A program made the translations under genes and the position numbers. Positions 57,243 to 64,000 of a stretch of DNA of 64,000 nt are shown here, piece by piece. Position 1 is the stretch's first letter. Each line of letters begins with the position of its first letter. The stretch comes from an uncultured virus (IMG/VR IMGVR_UViG_3300034374_008829) (Duplodnaviria > Heunggongvirae > Uroviricota > Caudoviricetes): IMG/VR virus record IMGVR_UViG_3300034374_008829; one strand, written 5' to 3'. The notes under the pieces are model-generated. The model worked only from the letters and a program-made list of their open reading frames with translations. It was not told the origin of the DNA and did no database searches.

Positions 57243-57590
57243 CTAGTTTGCCGATGCAGCACTTGCAATTGAGACATATTTACTGATATTTTCAGGGCTA
57301 TAGCCACCGCACCATTGAATCCTGTTGGTGTTCAGTACACGGTTCCTGAAAGCCTCGTCGTGATAAGCCAGCTCCGCAAAAGTCAGATCATGAGATTCTA
57401 GAATTTTCTCTACCACCTCATCGGGAGCACCTTCATTTACCGCAGCCTCATATGCAATACGCCTATAGGCTAAACGATTCCGCAGAGCTTGAATGTCTTG
57501 GGACTTGCCGTCGTCAGCAGGCCCCTTGATACCTAAAGCGCTTTCAATATAAAGCTGTGCCTGGTCTTCAGTAGATCCAAAATGAAACAT
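57243..57590 (-). CDS. hypothetical protein
   Basis: Helical ORF of about 115 aa. Confidence 0.55.
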   Translation of the reverse strand: MFHFGSTEDQAQLYIESALGIKGPADDGKSQDIQALRNRLAYRRIAYEAAVNEGAPDEVVEKILESHDLTFAELAYHDEAFRNRVLNTNRIQWCGGYSPENISKYVSIASAASAN

Positions 57591-57606
57591 ACTCACTCCA
57601 AGCTGA

Positions 57607-60408
57607 TCAATTATACCGACGACGCTTAATCCGAGCCAAGGTCACAAGCACATCAGAAGCAGCCTTACTGGTATTAGTAGCTTGAATTGTGACGTTATTA
57701 GTGGTGTTGCTGCCGCCCTGTTTCAGAGCGTTCAGCATACCCTTCAGGAGCCTGGTATTGCCAGAGGAGTCTGCCCCTGTAGGAGTCCTGCCCTTCACAT
57801 TCAAGCCGCTGCTGGGAATGTCCAGCCCTGCTGCGACATGAGCAGGAATAATCGTACCCGAAGAAGGAGCAGTCCAGACATCCCAGGGCTTGGCGTTGAT
57901 CATGCTCAGCTTTCCGCTATTCGACAAGAAAGCTTCTTGACCAAATTCATTGATATGCGTCTTAGATCCACCAGAAATTGGTCCGCCAGCAAAATTACTT
58001 GGTATTGATGAATTAGTATTCTTAGAGTTCAACCTAGCAGCCGCATTAGCGGCGTCATTGATCCGATCGGTTAAATCAGAGTATTTACGACTGAGGCCCG
58101 AGACCAAGGTAGCCTGCTCGGATAGAAGGTTCTTGGTCTCAATATGTTTAGCATTACTGATGTCTTGCTGTTCTAAGATTTCTCGATATTTGCCAACTGC
58201 CGCTTTCTTTTCTTCTTCCGATTGCCGGATGCTGAGTTCAGCTTTTCTTCTACTGGCTTCCTGCTCATCAACGAATTTACCAAGCTCAGTCGTAAGGTTT
58301 TGAATTGCAGTAATCTGCTTTTCTTGTGCATTTCGAATTTTTTCCTCTTGCTCAGCTTTAGCTTTTGCGCGTTTTTCCATTAGCTTCTCAATCTCTTCTT
58401 GCCGGCGCATTCTCGAAAGTCGTGCCTGGGCTCTTATTAACTCTTCTTTACTTAATTTCCCTGAATCAATTTTATTTATCAATGACCGTTTCTCGAAATT
58501 ATAAAGCTTTTGCTCTTCTGGCGTCCTTTTTTGAAGAAGTCCGATTTCGGCATCAATAAGCCTCAGTTTTTCATTGTAAATATTATTAATCGTCTTAACT
58601 TCCTCGTTGTAGGCTTTGTTGACATCAGCAATTTTTTTATTGGTTGCTTTTTCTTCTGCCTGAATCTTCTCATCTATCCCTTCAATAATCCTTTTTTGTT
58701 TTTCAATCTCGAGATCATATCTACGCTCAACAGTATTAATCATATTCGCCAAAACTCCCCTTTGCTTCACGTACTCTTCATTAACCTTAGACGCTTCCTC
58801 CACCAATCCCTGAAGCTTGTTTTTAAGTTCTTGCGCATGCTGTTGAGCTTGCAAGGCGCTGATATTGAAGAATCCCCAGAAAGGCTTAGAGGCTTGATCA
58901 AGATTTGCCAAGGCGTCGTTGACACCGACTAGGCCAAGAGACAAAGCTTGCGATTCAGTTTTAGCTCGGTTTATATTAGTTGACAAAGTATAATAAGCAG
59001 CCCCTGCAATAACAGCTGCTGTCGCAATAGCGGCCAAGATCACCGGATTTGACATCATGGCAATCGTGAGTGCCTTAAGCGATACGCCGATCATAGCTAT
59101 GACAGACTGCAAACCCCCAAGGGTATAGATAATTGCAGAGATTTTAGCGACAGCCATGACTGTAAAAAATCCAGTAGCGGCTATAGCCAATGAAGCCAAA
59201 GCTGCCGCAACAGTTCCGGCATTTTCGGCAAGAGCATTGAAACCCTTGGTCAGCAAGCTCAGTGTTGTAGCAGCCGGTCCCCCCATGGCTTGGTCAATAA
59301 GGGAAAATGCCTCTACGGCTTGTAGTGCTAGGTTCTGTAGAGCAGATTCAAGCTTACGTAGTTGACCGATCCAAGTCTGATCTATCCTCTTAGCGATCTC
59401 TGCAAAAGCAGAGCCCTCTGAGGTCATTCCATCTAAAGCAGCTTGAACCTCAGTGAACCCGATCAATCCATCAGCAGCAAATTGCTTGACCTCTGTAGTG
59501 CTGATCCCAATAACATCGGCCAGCTCTGTCCAAATAGGGATACCTTGAATGGCAAACTGCGTCAGGTCGCGAGTGTAAGCCCTGCCCTGGGTTTGAACTT
59601 GACCAAGGTTTCTCGCAAGATTACTTATATCACCGCCAGTAGCCGATGCAATAATAGACAGCTGTCGAGTAGACTCAGTAGCCTGATCGATGCTGACTCC
59701 ATAGCCAAGCAGAATCTGGCCTGCACTTGCGACTTGCTGAAGGTTGAAGGATGTAGTCGATGCAATATCTCGAAAATTGCTCAGGGCAACACCAGCTGCA
59801 GCTGCGCTGCCAGCGAACGCTTCTAGCGTGAGTTTAAGGATTTGTAGCTGCGCTCCCTGACCAATTAAATCACTAAAGCCATTGACAATTCGAAGAATTG
59901 CTTGTGTAGCGAGATTCGCAGCAACCTGAACCAGGGAAAGCCTCCCGAGAAAACTGCTGATATTGCTACGACTAAAAGCAGACCCAGAAGCCTGCCCCAT
60001 TTTCTGAAGCGCCTCTTGCGTTAGCTTGATTTGATCAGTTATGCGCCTCCATTCGTCTGTGATCGTCCTGCCGTCCTTGGCCAGCATTCTGGTCCTACTT
60101 TGCTTCTCTTTCAGAGCTTTGTTAATTGCCTTTACTTGAGCAGGCGTCTGCTTTAGGAGATTATTATAAAACTTCTGATCCTTGCTAAGAGCTTTAATTG
60201 TGCCTTCAATATTTTTAAATTTCTTTCTTGCTTCTTCAGCGCCAGCAGTTCTAACTTTAATCTTTGCTTCTACTTCCTTCCTTCCGATTTCTGCCATCGC
60301 ACCCTTGACTTCGCTGGCGACCTGCTTTGCCGCATCACCGAAATCTTTAAGCTGCTGGATCGCAGGGCTGGAGTCAAGAGTTAACTTATAATTCAGTGAC
60401 TCTGCCAT
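57607..60408 (-). CDS. tape measure protein
   Basis: TMP domain (LGQVQTQGR...QFAIQGIPIW), hydrophobic stretch, coiled coil, AGGPI...EFGQEAF. Confidence 0.92.
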   Translation of the reverse strand: MAESLNYKLTLDSSPAIQQLKDFGDAAKQVASEVKGAMAEIGRKEVEAKIKVRTAGAEEARKKFKNIEGTIKALSKDQKFYNNLLKQTPAQVKAINKALKEKQSRTRMLAKDGRTITDEWRRITDQIKLTQEALQKMGQASGSAFSRSNISSFLGRLSLVQVAANLATQAILRIVNGFSDLIGQGAQLQILKLTLEAFAGSAAAAGVALSNFRDIASTTSFNLQQVASAGQILLGYGVSIDQATESTRQLSIIASATGGDISNLARNLGQVQTQGRAYTRDLTQFAIQGIPIWTELADVIGISTTEVKQFAADGLIGFTEVQAALDGMTSEGSAFAEIAKRIDQTWIGQLRKLESALQNLALQAVEAFSLIDQAMGGPAATTLSLLTKGFNALAENAGTVAAALASLAIAATGFFTVMAVAKISAIIYTLGGLQSVIAMIGVSLKALTIAMMSNPVILAAIATAAVIAGAAYYTLSTNINRAKTESQALSLGLVGVNDALANLDQASKPFWGFFNISALQAQQHAQELKNKLQGLVEEASKVNEEYVKQRGVLANMINTVERRYDLEIEKQKRIIEGIDEKIQAEEKATNKKIADVNKAYNEEVKTINNIYNEKLRLIDAEIGLLQKRTPEEQKLYNFEKRSLINKIDSGKLSKEELIRAQARLSRMRRQEEIEKLMEKRAKAKAEQEEKIRNAQEKQITAIQNLTTELGKFVDEQEASRRKAELSIRQSEEEKKAAVGKYREILEQQDISNAKHIETKNLLSEQATLVSGLSRKYSDLTDRINDAANAAARLNSKNTNSSIPSNFAGGPISGGSKTHINEFGQEAFLSNSGKLSMINAKPWDVWTAPSSGTIIPAHVAAGLDIPSSGLNVKGRTPTGADSSGNTRLLKGMLNALKQGGSNTTNNVTIQATNTSKAASDVLVTLARIKRRRYN

Positions 60409-60443
60409 TGCTGCGAGGGGTGCATCGGACTAGTTTTCCCAAT

Positions 60444-60465
60444 AAAAAAGCCCCTTTCGGGGCTT
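60444..60465 (-). terminator. intrinsic terminator
   Basis: AAGCCCC-GAAA-GGGGCUU followed by a U-tract. Confidence 0.8.
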
Positions 60466-60503
60466 GTGGACCGAGTTTTAACTGAACGATTTACGGATAT
60501 AAA

Positions 60504-61118
60504 TCAGTTACCAACGTTCGCGTCGATTTCCACCACATAAGGACCGTAGCCCATCAGGCTGCACTCCCAGGAGACGATCGAGGTCACGTCGTTGCTCTCG
60601 GTATAGCCGGTCAGGGTGCCGTAGCCATAGATGGTTTCAGTGGTACCAGTAGGACCAACGCGACCAACCTTGACACGCAGACCATCAGCAACAGTGTTCT
60701 GCTCGGTGAGCCGCAGGATCTGATAGCCAGCATCAGAGAAGTCAGCCACACCAGCAAGGCTCATGGACCAAGACTTGGTAGTTGCGACAGCTTGGCTGAA
60801 GCCTTTGGAATCGTCGTCGTAGGTGTAGACCTCTTCAGTACCAGTGTCGGACTCAAGAGTAGCCGAGGTCAGACCTGCCAGACGAACAGGAGTCATGGTG
60901 CCATCGGTAGGCTCAGCCACAGGGGTTGCGCCCAAGCTGAAAACACCAGCGCTATAAGTCACCTTTTCATCAGCTGCAACAACAGAGCTAATGTCAAGGA
61001 AGTTCGTAGCACCTGAACCAACACCACCGGTCACGCCGGTAAAGGTCACGTCGACACTGGCGGCAAGAAGCGGAGCCAAGTATACGTCGTAACCAAAGGC
61101 GGCAGAAAAATTCGCCAT
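60504..61118 (-). CDS. major tail (tube) protein
   Basis: KSWSMSLAG, YGYGTLTGYTES, SWECSLMGYG; directly upstream of the tape measure. Confidence 0.8.
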   Translation of the reverse strand: MANFSAAFGYDVYLAPLLAASVDVTFTGVTGGVGSGATNFLDISSVVAADEKVTYSAGVFSLGATPVAEPTDGTMTPVRLAGLTSATLESDTGTEEVYTYDDDSKGFSQAVATTKSWSMSLAGVADFSDAGYQILRLTEQNTVADGLRVKVGRVGPTGTTETIYGYGTLTGYTESNDVTSIVSWECSLMGYGPYVVEIDANVGN

Positions 61119-61192
61119 ATACAAAAACGGGCGAAGCCCGTGCGAAGGTTACTCGGACCTTCACGGCCCGCTAAATATATATTTCCTAGCCC

Positions 61193-61627
61193 CTATGGGA
61201 GGATTGGCATATTTGATTTGATCATAACCTTGGTCTGCACCAAGGCCCCGACGCCATCAGATGCTGCGACAGTATCTATGGATTCCATACCTAGGAATCT
61301 TTTAACCATTTGCGCTACTGCATTCGTGATCGCTTGACCATTAGAAGGTTCCCAAGCTACCAAGAAAACATTAAAGGTAAATACGCTATCCGGAGAATCG
61401 TTTGACAGGTAAGGTTGAGTTGTTACATCGCCTACATCAATAACGACGACTTCCAAACCGCTAACACTTGATAAACCCTTCGTATCTTCGCCGGGAGACT
61501 TTACAGAGATCGATGGCAGTACCGTGCCATCAGCAAAAGTATACGTGCCAACATACGACATGAACGTCGCATCTCCAGACAGAGTGTTATAGATAACCTC
61601 CGCAGAAGTAGGAAAAGTCTGCGCCAT
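61193..61627 (-). CDS. putative tail terminator
   Basis: 144 aa directly upstream of the tail tube. Confidence 0.55.
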   Translation of the reverse strand: MAQTFPTSAEVIYNTLSGDATFMSYVGTYTFADGTVLPSISVKSPGEDTKGLSSVSGLEVVVIDVGDVTTQPYLSNDSPDSVFTFNVFLVAWEPSNGQAITNAVAQMVKRFLGMESIDTVAASDGVGALVQTKVMIKSNMPILP

Positions 61628-61749
61628 TACATGTATTTTGGCCTGATTTATTGTTCCGTTTGGGCATCCTAACTCGAGACAACGCAGAGAGCTTATGGCC
61701 TTCGCTTCATCGGAATTTTCCCTCCGCGTTATCTCATTTTCGTAATCAG

Positions 61750-62196
61750 ATGACTAACGCAAGGGACTACTTTCCCCTCTACGAAAGAATCTCTGATTAT
61801 CTGTTTAATATGTCTGCACTGACACGGCGAGAGGCCCGTCAGCAATGGCGAGACTCCATTAAGGAAGCTTGGAACAACCGCTGCGCGTATTGCGGAAATC
61901 CACCAATCGACGATCGCTCTTTGACGATCGATCACGTCAAGCCTCGGTGTCGAGGGGGTGAAGATCGAACCAGTAACGTGATCCCTGCATGCGAATCATG
62001 CAACTCACATAAGGGAAGTTGTGAATGGGTCGCTTGGTATCGAATGCAGGAGTTCTACTCGATAGAAGGCGAACTTCGGATCCGTCAATGGCTATCTGAT
62101 GGTCGTGGATATTTCGGCAATTGGGACGAAGATGACACGAAAAAAGTAGAAGACTATGCAAACAGCCTGTTAGGCGAGTGGCCTACAGCTTGCTAG
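61750..62196 (+). CDS. HNH endonuclease
   Basis: CAYCG, LTIDHVKPRCRGG, NVIPACESCNSHKG. Confidence 0.9.
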   Translation: MTNARDYFPLYERISDYLFNMSALTRREARQQWRDSIKEAWNNRCAYCGNPPIDDRSLTIDHVKPRCRGGEDRTSNVIPACESCNSHKGSCEWVAWYRMQEFYSIEGELRIRQWLSDGRGYFGNWDEDDTKKVEDYANSLLGEWPTAC

Positions 62197-62811
62197 TTCC
62201 ATATTCTCTTCTGCAATAACCTTAGTCTTCACATGTGGCATCTTGAGCCAATGCTCTTGACCGTTTTCGTCCTTGAAAAGACGAGACTGCATTGAGCTTG
62301 ATTCACGTGCCACTAAAAGCCCTTTAAATCCGTCTTTTTGTTTGCGCGGATTGATTAGTATTGCATCCTCTGCAACTAGAATAACCGAGTCAGGGACTAC
62401 GTTTTCGTCATATGCAGCAGCTAAATCTGGGTAAATAAACAATGCCCATGTTGGCATCAAACCAGCCTTGATTGCAGCGTGCGCTGCTGCCGCATTCATC
62501 TTGCTGGGCAGATTCAACTCAGCCGCCGTCTTGAAGATTGTAAAATCATCAATACTGTAAGGCTTGCGTTGACGCTTTGTATCACGATTTGAATTCGCGA
62601 TAACAGAAGTCTGTAAAGCGATTGGCTTTTCACGCAATGAAAGATCAGTCAAACGCCTGTCGGCAATTTGTTCAACAGCTTTCACTACATATTGATATGG
62701 AAGCTCGCCGTAATTGCCAAGGCTGAACTCAGTACAACCCGGAAAGCTGTACTTTAGATCCCAGTAATATTTATCGAACGGGAAATCGTTCAGTCCGCCT
62801 TGGCTTTTCCC
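62170..62811 (-). CDS. tail assembly chaperone frameshift extension (gpT-like)
   Basis: -1 frame open from the slippery site through the 62170..62685 ORF. Confidence 0.75.
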   Translation of the reverse strand, partial: GKSQGGLNDFPFDKYYWDLKYSFPGCTEFSLGNYGELPYQYVVKAVEQIADRRLTDLSLREKPIALQTSVIANSNRDTKRQRKPYSIDDFTIFKTAAELNLPSKMNAAAAHAAIKAGLMPTWALFIYPDLAAAYDENVVPDSVILVAEDAILINPRKQKDGFKGLLVARESSSMQSRLFKDENGQEHWLKMPHVKTKVIAEENMELASCRPLA

Positions 62812-63356
62812 TTTGACACTTTCCCGGAATCGGATTTTTCGGAGTTGCCGCTAGGAGCACTCTCTTCTTCGTCATTGATCAGATCTTCGATTGATTTAGC
62901 TTCCTCGTCGGCATACAGCTTGCTGAGGTCTTCAACGATATCAGGATGCAGCTCTAGAGTATCTTGAAATTCCCAGCTAGAGTCGTACCTAGAGATCATC
63001 AAGGCAGTCGTTTGTGCTAGGCGTTGAAGATTGGTAGCTTGCTCCATCTCGCTAGACAGGGAAAGCAATTCCTCTTCATATTTATCTAGGTAAGATTCCC
63101 CATTAGAGGGATTGTAATTCTGCAGATCCTTGATTACGTCAGCTTGCTTTTTATTTTCTTGCTTTGCAATTGAACCAACAACTTTCAGCATGCTGCTGGT
63201 ACCCGCTTCCTTCATTGCGATCTGCACGAAGCTTTTTTCTGAGACAGAAAGGTATCCGCGACGTTCAATTTCAAATTTACCCGACTCTTCTGATCCAATA
63301 AGGATTTTCTTTGGTGCGTAACGAGGCTGAACAACAAAAGGCAGCTTAACCTTCAT
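62790..63356 (-). CDS. tail assembly chaperone (gpG-like)
   Basis: 188 aa with G-GGA-AAA slippery heptamer near the stop. Confidence 0.75.
   Translation of the reverse strand: MKVKLPFVVQPRYAPKKILIGSEESGKFEIERRGYLSVSEKSFVQIAMKEAGTSSMLKVVGSIAKQENKKQADVIKDLQNYNPSNGESYLDKYEEELLSLSSEMEQATNLQRLAQTTALMISRYDSSWEFQDTLELHPDIVEDLSKLYADEEAKSIEDLINDEEESAPSGNSEKSDSGKVSKGKAKAD
62805..62811 (-). other. programmed -1 ribosomal frameshift site G GGA AAA
   Basis: X XXY YYZ in the correct frame. Confidence 0.75.
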
Positions 63357-63387
63357 TTGTACTTTTAAAGCTAAGCAAGCATACCAA

Positions 63388-63936
63388 TTAACCGAAAACT
63401 TTCTGGAACTCCGCCTCTAGTTGTTCTTGCAGGTAGTGCTTGATGGCAAATTTTGGAATGCCATTCTGTCCTTCGAATAGCGCCTTGATCCACGGCCTGC
63501 CGGGCAGGTATGAGGTATCAGGTCGACCAAAGTTTTGAATCATGCCACCGTAGTGGACAATATTCGCATAAGGTGCTTTGTATTTACCCTTGAAAGTACT
63601 CGTGGTTGCATTATGACTCAGGGTTTGGCTTAGGCTGCTGCGCAAATATCCCGTATCAACAATATCCCGAGGTGAGCCAACCGTTGAACCATTTTGCCTT
63701 TTTGTTTGATTCGGCCAAGCCCACACGGCTGAACTCATGGCATTATCCAGCTGCAGCTTCAATTCTCGCTGCATAATTGGACCCAATGCCTCTCTTGAGT
63801 TCCTGAGCCATAATTTATTCAGTTTATAAAACTCTGAATAGCTCGGCGTTGGCTTACTCAGCACAAACTTCAGCCTCGGTCTGCCGATGACCTTTTTCGA
63901 TACCCTAGAGAGCTTATTAATCTCTTTAATAAACAT
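63388..63936 (-). CDS. tail completion/neck protein (HK97 gp10-like)
   Basis: VDTGYLRSS, APYANIVHYG, PGRPWI. Confidence 0.75.
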   Translation of the reverse strand: MFIKEINKLSRVSKKVIGRPRLKFVLSKPTPSYSEFYKLNKLWLRNSREALGPIMQRELKLQLDNAMSSAVWAWPNQTKRQNGSTVGSPRDIVDTGYLRSSLSQTLSHNATTSTFKGKYKAPYANIVHYGGMIQNFGRPDTSYLPGRPWIKALFEGQNGIPKFAIKHYLQEQLEAEFQKVFG

Positions 63937-64000
63937 TTTCTTTAGAATTCAAGGTTAGCACCAGTGATTTGGATCTGGACACCACCAATCTCGTCATATA

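Larger units (their letters stand above)
5640..61672. promoter_or_regulatory. dispersed late-promoter motif GG[C/A/T]AnnNTA (more than 20 copies)
   Basis: See findings; most copies lie 18-23 nt upstream of a start codon. Confidence 0.8.

Noticed and set aside
62819..62825. Second GGGAAAG heptamer as a frameshift site
   Set aside because: It is read as GGG AAA G, the wrong phase for tandem -1 slippage
1..64000. tRNA, rRNA, CRISPR array, integrase, reverse transcriptase or DGR
   Set aside because: No cloverleaf, spaced repeats or matching protein motifs were seen by eye; tRNAscan and Infernal were not run

Overview
This window is a large part of a tailed cyanophage genome, most likely a siphovirus infecting picocyanobacteria. 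The evidence is psbA, hli, a cyanobacterial-type class II RNR, a tail-tube protein, a 933-aa tape measure and frameshifted tail chaperones. Most genes are on the minus strand. The left 25 kb holds DNA and nucleotide metabolism genes (dcd, nrdJ, glutaredoxin, primase, thyX, RecE-like exonuclease, RusA, SSB, Sak3-like annealase, initiator, DnaB) and two sigma factors, with portal and terminase scattered among them. The right 39 kb holds lysis genes, many fibre and adaptor genes, capsid and scaffold genes, a photosynthesis island and the tail module. Reading beyond the ORF track gave: (1) a 10-bp GG[C/A/T]AnnNTA motif, usually about 18-22 nt upstream, before more than 20 late genes, matching the encoded SigF-like sigma; (2) GNGAN-pentaloop hairpins at the starts of portal, scaffold and capsid genes; (3) a glutamine-II (Downstream-peptide) riboswitch before an uncalled DUF4278 ORF; (4) an uncalled CP12-like ORF that has lost the C-terminal cysteines; (5) an uncalled hli; (6) a -1 frameshift site in the tail chaperone; (7) two sRNA candidates; (8) recurring terminal modules that suggest a branched fibre system. 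All family assignments come from motif recognition by eye. No database searches were run.
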